Shown: positions 29,763 to 39,105 of the stretch, one piece after another
Position numbering within the stretch: position 1 is the first letter of the stretch
Layout of the letters: each line of letters opens with the position of its first letter
Sequence record: MZ375239.1
Reading direction: 5' to 3' (one strand)
DNA length: 39,105 nucleotides
From: Escherichia phage T7
The notes under the pieces: model-generated
What the model saw: only the letters and a program-made list of their open reading frames with translations
What the model was told of the DNA's origin: nothing
The model's database searches: none
Made by a program: the position numbers and the translations under genes

Positions 29763-32700
29763 ATGGATAAGTACGATAAGAACGTACCAAGTGATTATGA
29801 TGGTCTGTTCCAAAAGGCTGCTGATGCCAACGGGGTCTCTTATGACCTTTTACGTAAAGTCGCTTGGACAGAATCACGATTTGTGCCTACAGCAAAATCT
29901 AAGACTGGACCATTAGGCATGATGCAATTTACCAAGGCAACCGCTAAGGCCCTCGGTCTGCGAGTTACCGATGGTCCAGACGACGACCGACTGAACCCTG
30001 AGTTAGCTATTAATGCTGCCGCTAAGCAACTTGCAGGTCTGGTAGGGAAGTTTGATGGCGATGAACTCAAAGCTGCCCTTGCGTACAACCAAGGCGAGGG
30101 ACGCTTGGGTAATCCACAACTTGAGGCGTACTCTAAGGGAGACTTCGCATCAATCTCTGAGGAGGGACGTAACTACATGCGTAACCTTCTGGATGTTGCT
30201 AAGTCACCTATGGCTGGACAGTTGGAAACTTTTGGTGGCATAACCCCAAAGGGTAAAGGCATTCCGGCTGAGGTAGGATTGGCTGGAATTGGTCACAAGC
30301 AGAAAGTAACACAGGAACTTCCTGAGTCCACAAGTTTTGACGTTAAGGGTATCGAACAGGAGGCTACGGCGAAACCATTCGCCAAGGACTTTTGGGAGAC
30401 CCACGGAGAAACACTTGACGAGTACAACAGTCGTTCAACCTTCTTCGGATTCAAAAATGCTGCCGAAGCTGAACTCTCCAACTCAGTCGCTGGGATGGCT
30501 TTCCGTGCTGGTCGTCTCGATAATGGTTTTGATGTGTTTAAAGACACCATTACGCCGACTCGCTGGAACTCTCACATCTGGACTCCAGAGGAGTTAGAGA
30601 AGATTCGAACAGAGGTTAAGAACCCTGCGTACATCAACGTTGTAACTGGTGGTTCCCCTGAGAACCTCGATGACCTCATTAAATTGGCTAACGAGAACTT
30701 TGAGAATGACTCCCGCGCTGCCGAGGCTGGCCTAGGTGCCAAACTGAGTGCTGGTATTATTGGTGCTGGTGTGGACCCGCTTAGCTATGTTCCTATGGTC
30801 GGTGTCACTGGTAAGGGCTTTAAGTTAATCAATAAGGCTCTTGTAGTTGGTGCCGAAAGTGCTGCTCTGAACGTTGCATCCGAAGGTCTCCGTACCTCCG
30901 TAGCTGGTGGTGACGCAGACTATGCGGGTGCTGCCTTAGGTGGCTTTGTGTTTGGCGCAGGCATGTCTGCAATCAGTGACGCTGTAGCTGCTGGACTGAA
31001 ACGCAGTAAACCAGAAGCTGAGTTCGACAATGAGTTCATCGGTCCTATGATGCGATTGGAAGCCCGTGAGACAGCACGAAACGCCAACTCTGCGGACCTC
31101 TCTCGGATGAACACTGAGAACATGAAGTTTGAAGGTGAACATAATGGTGTCCCTTATGAGGACTTACCAACAGAGAGAGGTGCCGTGGTGTTACATGATG
31201 GCTCCGTTCTAAGTGCAAGCAACCCAATCAACCCTAAGACTCTAAAAGAGTTCTCCGAGGTTGACCCTGAGAAGGCTGCGCGAGGAATCAAACTGGCTGG
31301 GTTCACCGAGATTGGCTTGAAGACCTTGGGGTCTGACGATGCTGACATCCGTAGAGTGGCTATCGACCTCGTTCGCTCTCCTACTGGTATGCAGTCTGGT
31401 GCCTCAGGTAAGTTCGGTGCAACAGCTTCTGACATCCATGAGAGACTTCATGGTACTGACCAGCGTACTTATAATGACTTGTACAAAGCAATGTCTGACG
31501 CTATGAAAGACCCTGAGTTCTCTACTGGCGGCGCTAAGATGTCCCGTGAAGAAACTCGATACACTATCTACCGTAGAGCGGCACTAGCTATTGAGCGTCC
31601 AGAACTACAGAAGGCACTCACTCCGTCTGAGAGAATCGTTATGGACATCATTAAGCGTCACTTTGACACCAAGCGTGAACTTATGGAAAACCCAGCAATA
31701 TTCGGTAACACAAAGGCTGTGAGTATCTTCCCTGAGAGTCGCCACAAAGGTACTTACGTTCCTCACGTATATGACCGTCATGCCAAGGCGCTGATGATTC
31801 AACGCTACGGTGCCGAAGGTTTGCAGGAAGGGATTGCCCGCTCATGGATGAACAGCTACGTCTCCAGACCTGAGGTCAAGGCCAGAGTCGATGAGATGCT
31901 TAAGGAATTACACGGGGTGAAGGAAGTAACACCAGAGATGGTAGAGAAGTACGCTATGGATAAGGCTTATGGTATCTCCCACTCAGACCAGTTCACCAAC
32001 AGTTCCATAATAGAAGAGAACATTGAGGGCTTAGTAGGTATCGAGAATAACTCATTCCTTGAGGCACGTAACTTGTTTGATTCGGACCTATCCATCACTA
32101 TGCCAGACGGACAGCAATTCTCAGTGAATGACCTAAGGGACTTCGATATGTTCCGCATCATGCCAGCGTATGACCGCCGTGTCAATAGTGACATCGCCAT
32201 CATGGGGTCTACTGGTAAAACCACTAAGGAACTTAAGGATGAGATTTTGGCTCTCAAAGCGAAAGCTGAGGGAGACGGTAAGAAGACTGGCGAGGTACAT
32301 GCTTTAATGGATACCGTTAAGATTCTTACTGGTCGTGCTAGACGCAATCAGGACACTGTGTGGGAAACCTCACTGCGTGCCATCAATGACCTAGGGTTCT
32401 TCGCTAAGAACGCCTACATGGGTGCTCAGAACATTACGGAGATTGCTGGGATGATTGTCACTGGTAACGTTCGTGCTCTAGGGCATGGTATCCCAATTCT
32501 GCGTGATACACTCTACAAGTCTAAACCAGTTTCAGCTAAGGAACTCAAGGAACTCCATGCGTCTCTGTTCGGGAAGGAGGTGGACCAGTTGATTCGGCCT
32601 AAACGTGCTGACATTGTGCAGCGCCTAAGGGAAGCAACTGATACCGGACCTGCCGTGGCGAACATCGTAGGGACCTTGAAGTATTCAACACAGGAACTGG

Positions 32701-33719
32701 CTGCTCGCTCTCCGTGGACTAAGCTACTGAACGGAACCACTAACTACCTTCTGGATGCTGCGCGTCAAGGTATGCTTGGGGATGTTATTAGTGCCACCCT
32801 AACAGGTAAGACTACCCGCTGGGAGAAAGAAGGCTTCCTTCGTGGTGCCTCCGTAACTCCTGAGCAGATGGCTGGCATCAAGTCTCTCATCAAGGAACAT
32901 ATGGTACGCGGTGAGGACGGGAAGTTTACCGTTAAGGACAAGCAAGCGTTCTCTATGGACCCACGGGCTATGGACTTATGGAGACTGGCTGACAAGGTAG
33001 CTGATGAGGCAATGCTGCGTCCACATAAGGTGTCCTTACAGGATTCCCATGCGTTCGGAGCACTAGGTAAGATGGTTATGCAGTTTAAGTCTTTCACTAT
33101 CAAGTCCCTTAACTCTAAGTTCCTGCGAACCTTCTATGATGGATACAAGAACAACCGAGCGATTGACGCTGCGCTGAGCATCATCACCTCTATGGGTCTC
33201 GCTGGTGGTTTCTATGCTATGGCTGCACACGTCAGAGCATACGCTCTGCCTAAGGAGAAACGTAAGGAGTACTTGGAGCGTGCACTGGACCCAACCATGA
33301 TTGCCCACGCTGCGTTATCTCGTAGTTCTCAATTGGGTGTTCCTTTGGCTATGGTTGACCTAGTTGGTGGTGTTTTAGGGTTCGAGTCCTCCAAGATGGC
33401 TCGCTCTACGATTCTACCTAAGGACACCGTGAAGGAACGTGACCCAAACAAACCGTACACCTCTAGAGAGGTAATGGGCGCTATGGGTTCAAACCTTCTG
33501 GAACAGATGCCTTCGGCTGGCTTTGTGGCTAACGTAGGGGCTACCTTAATGAATGCTGCTGGCGTGGTCAACTCACCTAATAAAGCAACCGAGCAGGACT
33601 TCATGACTGGTCTTATGAACTCCACAAAAGAGTTAGTACCGAACGACCCATTGACTCAACAGCTTGTGTTGAAGATTTATGAGGCGAACGGTGTTAACTT
33701 GAGGGAGCGTAGGAAATAA
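29763..33719 (+). CDS. 16: Internal core protein gp16 with N-terminal lytic transglycosylase domain
   Basis: 1318-aa ORF; N-terminal SLT-like region (...LLRKVAWTESRF...GPLGMMQFTKATAKALGL...); matches T7 gp16. Confidence 0.96.
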   Translation: MDKYDKNVPSDYDGLFQKAADANGVSYDLLRKVAWTESRFVPTAKSKTGPLGMMQFTKATAKALGLRVTDGPDDDRLNPELAINAAAKQLAGLVGKFDGDELKAALAYNQGEGRLGNPQLEAYSKGDFASISEEGRNYMRNLLDVAKSPMAGQLETFGGITPKGKGIPAEVGLAGIGHKQKVTQELPESTSFDVKGIEQEATAKPFAKDFWETHGETLDEYNSRSTFFGFKNAAEAELSNSVAGMAFRAGRLDNGFDVFKDTITPTRWNSHIWTPEELEKIRTEVKNPAYINVVTGGSPENLDDLIKLANENFENDSRAAEAGLGAKLSAGIIGAGVDPLSYVPMVGVTGKGFKLINKALVVGAESAALNVASEGLRTSVAGGDADYAGAALGGFVFGAGMSAISDAVAAGLKRSKPEAEFDNEFIGPMMRLEARETARNANSADLSRMNTENMKFEGEHNGVPYEDLPTERGAVVLHDGSVLSASNPINPKTLKEFSEVDPEKAARGIKLAGFTEIGLKTLGSDDADIRRVAIDLVRSPTGMQSGASGKFGATASDIHERLHGTDQRTYNDLYKAMSDAMKDPEFSTGGAKMSREETRYTIYRRAALAIERPELQKALTPSERIVMDIIKRHFDTKRELMENPAIFGNTKAVSIFPESRHKGTYVPHVYDRHAKALMIQRYGAEGLQEGIARSWMNSYVSRPEVKARVDEMLKELHGVKEVTPEMVEKYAMDKAYGISHSDQFTNSSIIEENIEGLVGIENNSFLEARNLFDSDLSITMPDGQQFSVNDLRDFDMFRIMPAYDRRVNSDIAIMGSTGKTTKELKDEILALKAKAEGDGKKTGEVHALMDTVKILTGRARRNQDTVWETSLRAINDLGFFAKNAYMGAQNITEIAGMIVTGNVRALGHGIPILRDTLYKSKPVSAKELKELHASLFGKEVDQLIRPKRADIVQRLREATDTGPAVANIVGTLKYSTQELAARSPWTKLLNGTTNYLLDAARQGMLGDVISATLTGKTTRWEKEGFLRGASVTPEQMAGIKSLIKEHMVRGEDGKFTVKDKQAFSMDPRAMDLWRLADKVADEAMLRPHKVSLQDSHAFGALGKMVMQFKSFTIKSLNSKFLRTFYDGYKNNRAIDAALSIITSMGLAGGFYAMAAHVRAYALPKEKRKEYLERALDPTMIAHAALSRSSQLGVPLAMVDLVGGVLGFESSKMARSTILPKDTVKERDPNKPYTSREVMGAMGSNLLEQMPSAGFVANVGATLMNAAGVVNSPNKATEQDFMTGLMNSTKELVPNDPLTQQLVLKIYEANGVNLRERRK

Positions 33720-33739
33720 TACGACTCACTATAGGGAGA
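33717..33739 (+). promoter_or_regulatory. T7 RNAP promoter phi17 (class III)
   Basis: taatacgactcactatagggaga; +1 at 33734. Confidence 0.95.
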
Positions 33740-33791
33740 GGCGAAATAATCTTCTCCCTGTAGTCTCTTAGATTTACTTTAAGGAGGTCAA

Positions 33792-35453
33792 ATGGCTAAC
33801 GTAATTAAAACCGTTTTGACTTACCAGTTAGATGGCTCCAATCGTGATTTTAATATCCCGTTTGAGTATCTAGCCCGTAAGTTCGTAGTGGTAACTCTTA
33901 TTGGTGTAGACCGAAAGGTCCTTACGATTAATACAGACTATCGCTTTGCTACACGTACTACTATCTCTCTGACAAAGGCTTGGGGTCCAGCCGATGGCTA
34001 CACGACCATCGAGTTACGTCGAGTAACCTCCACTACCGACCGATTGGTTGACTTTACGGATGGTTCAATCCTCCGCGCGTATGACCTTAACGTCGCTCAG
34101 ATTCAAACGATGCACGTAGCGGAAGAGGCCCGTGACCTCACTACGGATACTATCGGTGTCAATAACGATGGTCACTTGGATGCTCGTGGTCGTCGAATTG
34201 TGAACCTAGCGAACGCCGTGGATGACCGCGATGCTGTTCCGTTTGGTCAACTAAAGACCATGAACCAGAACTCATGGCAAGCACGTAATGAAGCCTTACA
34301 GTTCCGTAATGAGGCTGAGACTTTCAGAAACCAAGCGGAGGGCTTTAAGAACGAGTCCAGTACCAACGCTACGAACACAAAGCAGTGGCGCGATGAGACC
34401 AAGGGTTTCCGAGACGAAGCCAAGCGGTTCGAGAATACGGCTGGTCAATACGCTACATCTGCTGGGAACTCTGCTTCCGCTGCGCATCAATCTGAGGTAA
34501 ACGCTGAGAACTCTGCCACAGCATCCGCTAACTCTGCTCATTTGGCAGAACAGCAAGCAGACCGTGCGGAACGTGAGGCAGACAAGCTGGAAAATTACAA
34601 TGGATTGGCTGGTGCAATTGATAAGGTAGATGGAACCAATGTGTACTGGAAAGGAAATATTCACGCTAACGGGCGCCTTTACATGACCACAAACGGTTTT
34701 GACTGTGGCCAGTATCAACAGTTCTTTGGTGGTGTCACTAATCGTTACTCTGTCATGGAGTGGGGAGATGAGAACGGATGGCTGATGTATGTTCAACGTA
34801 GAGAGTGGACAACAGCGATAGGCGGTAACATCCAGTTAGTAGTAAACGGACAGATCATCACCCAAGGTGGAGCCATGACCGGTCAGCTAAAATTGCAGAA
34901 TGGGCATGTTCTTCAATTAGAGTCCGCATCCGACAAGGCGCACTATATTCTATCTAAAGATGGTAACAGGAATAACTGGTACATTGGTAGAGGGTCAGAT
35001 AACAACAATGACTGTACCTTCCACTCCTATGTACATGGTACGACCTTAACACTCAAGCAGGACTATGCAGTAGTTAACAAACACTTCCACGTAGGTCAGG
35101 CCGTTGTGGCCACTGATGGTAATATTCAAGGTACTAAGTGGGGAGGTAAATGGCTGGATGCTTACCTACGTGACAGCTTCGTTGCGAAGTCCAAGGCGTG
35201 GACTCAGGTGTGGTCTGGTAGTGCTGGCGGTGGGGTAAGTGTGACTGTTTCACAGGATCTCCGCTTCCGCAATATCTGGATTAAGTGTGCCAACAACTCT
35301 TGGAACTTCTTCCGTACTGGCCCCGATGGAATCTACTTCATAGCCTCTGATGGTGGATGGTTACGATTCCAAATACACTCCAACGGTCTCGGATTCAAGA
35401 ATATTGCAGACAGTCGTTCAGTACCTAATGCAATCATGGTGGAGAACGAGTAA
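33792..35453 (+). CDS. 17: Tail fiber protein gp17
   Basis: 553-aa ORF; coiled-coil repeat region (QARNEALQFRNEAETFRNQAEGFKNESSTNATNTKQWRDETKGFRDEAKRFENTA); matches T7 gp17. Confidence 0.96.
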   Translation: MANVIKTVLTYQLDGSNRDFNIPFEYLARKFVVVTLIGVDRKVLTINTDYRFATRTTISLTKAWGPADGYTTIELRRVTSTTDRLVDFTDGSILRAYDLNVAQIQTMHVAEEARDLTTDTIGVNNDGHLDARGRRIVNLANAVDDRDAVPFGQLKTMNQNSWQARNEALQFRNEAETFRNQAEGFKNESSTNATNTKQWRDETKGFRDEAKRFENTAGQYATSAGNSASAAHQSEVNAENSATASANSAHLAEQQADRAEREADKLENYNGLAGAIDKVDGTNVYWKGNIHANGRLYMTTNGFDCGQYQQFFGGVTNRYSVMEWGDENGWLMYVQRREWTTAIGGNIQLVVNGQIITQGGAMTGQLKLQNGHVLQLESASDKAHYILSKDGNRNNWYIGRGSDNNNDCTFHSYVHGTTLTLKQDYAVVNKHFHVGQAVVATDGNIQGTKWGGKWLDAYLRDSFVAKSKAWTQVWSGSAGGGVSVTVSQDLRFRNIWIKCANNSWNFFRTGPDGIYFIASDGGWLRFQIHSNGLGFKNIADSRSVPNAIMVENE

Positions 35454-35511
35454 TTGGTAAATCACAAGGAAAGACGTGTAGTCCACGGATGGACTCTCAA
35501 GGAGGTACAAG

Positions 35512-35715
35512 GTGCTATCATTAGACTTTAACAACGAATTGATTAAGGCTGCTCCAATTGTTGGGACGGGTGTAGCAGATGTTAGTGCTCGACTGTTCTT
35601 TGGGTTAAGCCTTAACGAATGGTTCTACGTTGCTGCTATCGCCTACACAGTGGTTCAGATTGGTGCCAAGGTAGTCGATAAGATGATTGACTGGAAGAAA
35701 GCCAATAAGGAGTGA
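35512..35715 (+). CDS. 17.5: Holin (class II) gp17.5
   Basis: 67-aa ORF, GTG start, hydrophobic segment then charged C-terminus. Confidence 0.88.
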   Translation: MLSLDFNNELIKAAPIVGTGVADVSARLFFGLSLNEWFYVAAIAYTVVQIGAKVVDKMIDWKKANKE

Positions 35716-35720
35716 TATGT

Positions 35721-35990
35721 ATGGAAAAGGATAAGAGCCTTATTACATTCTTAGAGATGTTGGACACTGCGATGGCTCAGCGTATGCTTGCGGACCTTTC
35801 GGACCATGAGCGTCGCTCTCCGCAACTCTATAATGCTATTAACAAACTGTTAGACCGCCACAAGTTCCAGATTGGTAAGTTGCAGCCGGATGTTCACATC
35901 TTAGGTGGCCTTGCTGGTGCTCTTGAAGAGTACAAAGAGAAAGTCGGTGATAACGGTCTTACGGATGATGATATTTACACATTACAGTGA
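35721..35990 (+). CDS. 18: Terminase small subunit (DNA maturation protein A) gp18
   Basis: 89-aa ORF from ATG 35721 (MEKDKSLITFLEMLDTAMAQ...). Confidence 0.9.
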   Translation: MEKDKSLITFLEMLDTAMAQRMLADLSDHERRSPQLYNAINKLLDRHKFQIGKLQPDVHILGGLAGALEEYKEKVGDNGLTDDDIYTLQ

Positions 35991-35991
35991 T

Positions 35992-36028
35992 ATACTCAAG
36001 GCCACTACAGATAGTGGTCTTTATGGAT
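35992..36028 (+). promoter_or_regulatory. RNase III processing hairpin R18.5
   Basis: tactcaaggccactacagatagtggtctttatgg hairpin. Confidence 0.55.
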
Positions 36029-36084
36029 GTCATTGTCTATACGAGATGCTCCTACGTGAAATCTGAAAGTTAACGGGAGGCATT

Positions 36085-36516
36085 ATGCTAGAATTTTTAC
36101 GTAAGCTAATCCCTTGGGTTCTCGCTGGGATGCTATTCGGGTTAGGATGGCATCTAGGGTCAGACTCAATGGACGCTAAATGGAAACAGGAGGTACACAA
36201 TGAGTACGTTAAGAGAGTTGAGGCTGCGAAGAGCACTCAAAGAGCAATCGATGCGGTATCTGCTAAGTATCAAGAAGACCTTGCCGCGCTGGAAGGGAGC
36301 ACTGATAGGATTATTTCTGATTTGCGTAGCGACAATAAGCGGTTGCGCGTCAGAGTCAAAACTACCGGAACCTCCGATGGTCAGTGTGGATTCGAGCCTG
36401 ATGGTCGAGCCGAACTTGACGACCGAGATGCTAAACGTATTCTCGCAGTGACCCAGAAGGGTGACGCATGGATTCGTGCGTTACAGGATACTATTCGTGA
36501 ACTGCAACGTAAGTAG
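36085..36516 (+). CDS. 18.5: i-spanin (Rz-like) gp18.5
   Basis: 143-aa ORF with N-terminal transmembrane segment and coiled-coil periplasmic domain. Confidence 0.9.
   Translation: MLEFLRKLIPWVLAGMLFGLGWHLGSDSMDAKWKQEVHNEYVKRVEAAKSTQRAIDAVSAKYQEDLAALEGSTDRIISDLRSDNKRLRVRVKTTGTSDGQCGFEPDGRAELDDRDAKRILAVTQKGDAWIRALQDTIRELQRK
36200..36451 (+). CDS. 18.7: o-spanin (Rz1-like lipoprotein) gp18.7, nested in +1 frame within 18.5
   Basis: 83-aa embedded ORF with signal-like region and lipobox-like ISGCAS (Cys in TISGCASESK). Confidence 0.8.
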   Translation: MSTLRELRLRRALKEQSMRYLLSIKKTLPRWKGALIGLFLICVATISGCASESKLPEPPMVSVDSSLMVEPNLTTEMLNVFSQ

Positions 36517-36537
36517 GAAATCAAGTAAGGAGGCAAT

Positions 36538-38298
36538 GTGTCTACTCAATCCAATCGTAATGCGCTCGTAGTGGCGCAACTGAAAGGAGACTTCGTGGCG
36601 TTCCTATTCGTCTTATGGAAGGCGCTAAACCTACCGGTGCCCACTAAGTGTCAGATTGACATGGCTAAGGTGCTGGCGAATGGAGACAACAAGAAGTTCA
36701 TCTTACAGGCTTTCCGTGGTATCGGTAAGTCGTTCATCACATGTGCGTTCGTTGTGTGGTCCTTATGGAGAGACCCTCAGTTGAAGATACTTATCGTATC
36801 AGCCTCTAAGGAGCGTGCAGACGCTAACTCCATCTTTATTAAGAACATCATTGACCTGCTGCCATTCCTATCTGAGTTAAAGCCAAGACCCGGACAGCGT
36901 GACTCGGTAATCAGCTTTGATGTAGGCCCAGCCAATCCTGACCACTCTCCTAGTGTGAAATCAGTAGGTATCACTGGTCAGTTAACTGGTAGCCGTGCTG
37001 ACATTATCATTGCGGATGACGTTGAGATTCCGTCTAACAGCGCAACTATGGGTGCCCGTGAGAAGCTATGGACTCTGGTTCAGGAGTTCGCTGCGTTACT
37101 TAAACCGCTGCCTTCCTCTCGCGTTATCTACCTTGGTACACCTCAGACAGAGATGACTCTCTATAAGGAACTTGAGGATAACCGTGGGTACACAACCATT
37201 ATCTGGCCTGCTCTGTACCCAAGGACACGTGAAGAGAACCTCTATTACTCACAGCGTCTTGCTCCTATGTTACGCGCTGAGTACGATGAGAACCCTGAGG
37301 CACTTGCTGGGACTCCAACAGACCCAGTGCGCTTTGACCGTGATGACCTGCGCGAGCGTGAGTTGGAATACGGTAAGGCTGGCTTTACGCTACAGTTCAT
37401 GCTTAACCCTAACCTTAGTGATGCCGAGAAGTACCCGCTGAGGCTTCGTGACGCTATCGTAGCGGCCTTAGACTTAGAGAAGGCCCCAATGCATTACCAG
37501 TGGCTTCCGAACCGTCAGAACATCATTGAGGACCTTCCTAACGTTGGCCTTAAGGGTGATGACCTGCATACGTACCACGATTGTTCCAACAACTCAGGTC
37601 AGTACCAACAGAAGATTCTGGTCATTGACCCTAGTGGTCGCGGTAAGGACGAAACAGGTTACGCTGTGCTGTACACACTGAACGGTTACATCTACCTTAT
37701 GGAAGCTGGAGGTTTCCGTGATGGCTACTCCGATAAGACCCTTGAGTTACTCGCTAAGAAGGCAAAGCAATGGGGAGTCCAGACGGTTGTCTACGAGAGT
37801 AACTTCGGTGACGGTATGTTCGGTAAGGTATTCAGTCCTATCCTTCTTAAACACCACAACTGTGCGATGGAAGAGATTCGTGCCCGTGGTATGAAAGAGA
37901 TGCGTATTTGCGATACCCTTGAGCCAGTCATGCAGACTCACCGCCTTGTAATTCGTGATGAGGTCATTAGGGCCGACTACCAGTCCGCTCGTGACGTAGA
38001 CGGTAAGCATGACGTTAAGTACTCGTTGTTCTACCAGATGACCCGTATCACTCGTGAGAAAGGCGCTCTGGCTCATGATGACCGATTGGATGCCCTTGCG
38101 TTAGGCATTGAGTATCTCCGTGAGTCCATGCAGTTGGATTCCGTTAAGGTCGAGGGTGAAGTACTTGCTGACTTCCTTGAGGAACACATGATGCGTCCTA
38201 CGGTTGCTGCTACGCATATCATTGAGATGTCTGTGGGAGGAGTTGATGTGTACTCTGAGGACGATGAGGGTTACGGTACGTCTTTCATTGAGTGGTGA
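36538..38298 (+). CDS. 19: Terminase large subunit (DNA maturation protein B) gp19
   Basis: 586-aa ORF, GTG start; matches T7 gp19. Confidence 0.96.
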
Positions 38299-38379
38299 TT
38301 TATGCATTAGGACTGCATAGGGATGCACTATAGACCACGGATGGTCAGTTCTTTAAGTTACTGAAAAGACACGATAAAT

Positions 38380-38402
38380 TAATACGACTCACTATAGGGA
38401 GA
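38380..38402 (+). promoter_or_regulatory. T7 RNAP promoter phiOR
   Basis: taatacgactcactatagggaga; +1 at 38397. Confidence 0.93.
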
Positions 38403-38556
38403 GGAGGGACGAAAGGTTACTATATAGATACTGAATGAATACTTATAGAGTGCATAAAGTATGCATAATGGTGTACCTAGAGTGACCTCTAAGAATGGTG
38501 ATTATATTGTATTAGTATCACCTTAACTTAAGGACCAACATAAAGGGAGGAGACTC

Positions 38557-38706
38557 ATGTTCCGCTTATTGTTGAACCTACTGCGGCATAGAGTCACCTA
38601 CCGATTTCTTGTGGTACTTTGTGCTGCCCTTGGGTACGCATCTCTTACTGGAGACCTCAGTTCACTGGAGTCTGTCGTTTGCTCTATACTCACTTGTAGC
38701 GATTAG
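38557..38706 (+). CDS. 19.5: gp19.5, small hydrophobic protein
   Basis: 49-codon ORF MFRLLLNLLRHRVTYRFLVVLCAALGYASLTGDLSSLESVVCSILTCSD preceded by aagggaggagactc SD. Confidence 0.75.
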   Translation: MFRLLLNLLRHRVTYRFLVVLCAALGYASLTGDLSSLESVVCSILTCSD

Positions 38707-38759
38707 GGTCTTCCTGACCGACTGATGGCTCACCGAGGGGTTCAGCGGTATGATTGCTT

Positions 38760-38945
38760 GACACCACTTCATCCCTATAGAGTCAAGTCCTAAGGTATAC
38801 CCATAAAGAGCCTCTAATGGTCTATCCTAAGGTCTATACCTAAAGATAGGCCATCCTATCAGTGTCACCTAAAGAGGGTCTTAGAGAGGGCCTATGGAGT
38901 TCCTATAGGGTCCTTTAAAATATACCATAAAAATCTGAGTGACTA
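38760..38945. repeat. Right-end array of short CCTAAAG-like repeats adjacent to right TR
   Basis: cctaaggtctatacctaaagataggccatcctatcagtgtcacctaaagagggtc; counterpart of the left-end array. Confidence 0.5.
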
Positions 38946-39105
38946 TCTCACAGTGTACGGACCTAAAGTTCCCCCATAGGGGGTACCTAAAGCCCAGCCA
39001 ATCACCTAAAGTCAACCTTCGGTTGACCTTGAGGGTTCCCTAAGGGTTGGGGATGACCCTTGGGTTTGTCTTTGGGTGTTACCTTGAGTGTCTCTCTGTG
39101 TCCCT
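38946..39105. repeat. Right direct terminal repeat (TR) of T7 genome
   Basis: Identical to bases 1-160. Confidence 0.95.

Noticed and set aside
37184-37441. Annotated-in-some-references small ORFs 19.2 and 19.3 nested out of frame within gene 19 (and 4.1 within gene 4)
   Set aside because: ORFs exist in the track (e.g. 37172-37441), but I see no convincing RBS and cannot support their expression from sequence alone; left unannotated.

Overview
The window is not a fragment of a bacterial chromosome: it is an entire bacteriophage T7-type virion genome (Escherichia phage T7, Autographiviridae) read from the left to the right end. Bases 1-160 are repeated exactly at 38946-39105, which is the T7 direct terminal repeat. 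All genes are on the + strand in the canonical order: early genes 0.3 (Ocr), 0.7 kinase and gene 1 RNA polymerase; the DNA-metabolism genes; then the structural, lysis and packaging genes 6.7-19.5. I located 17 T7-RNAP promoter sites (TAATACGACTCACTATAGGGAGA-like), the E. coli promoters A1-A3, the TE and Tphi terminators and a family of RNase III-type hairpins. No tRNA, CRISPR, integrase, transposon or foreign cassette was found. Compared with the T7 reference map as I remember it (39,937 bp, Dunn and Studier 1983), the window is 832 bp shorter, and this is fully explained by two deletions. One is a 676-bp loss that fuses the first 10 codons of gene 0.4 to the region just upstream of gene 0.7, removing the rest of 0.4 plus 0.5 and 0.6A/B. 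The other is a 156-bp loss that removes gene 1.4 exactly from start to stop codon and alters the upstream edge of the phi1.5 promoter. Every other landmark I checked keeps a constant offset to the reference (0, then -676, then -832), so I find no evidence of an inserted or undescribed system. The deletions are the only non-canonical content. Reference coordinates are from memory and were not verified by alignment.
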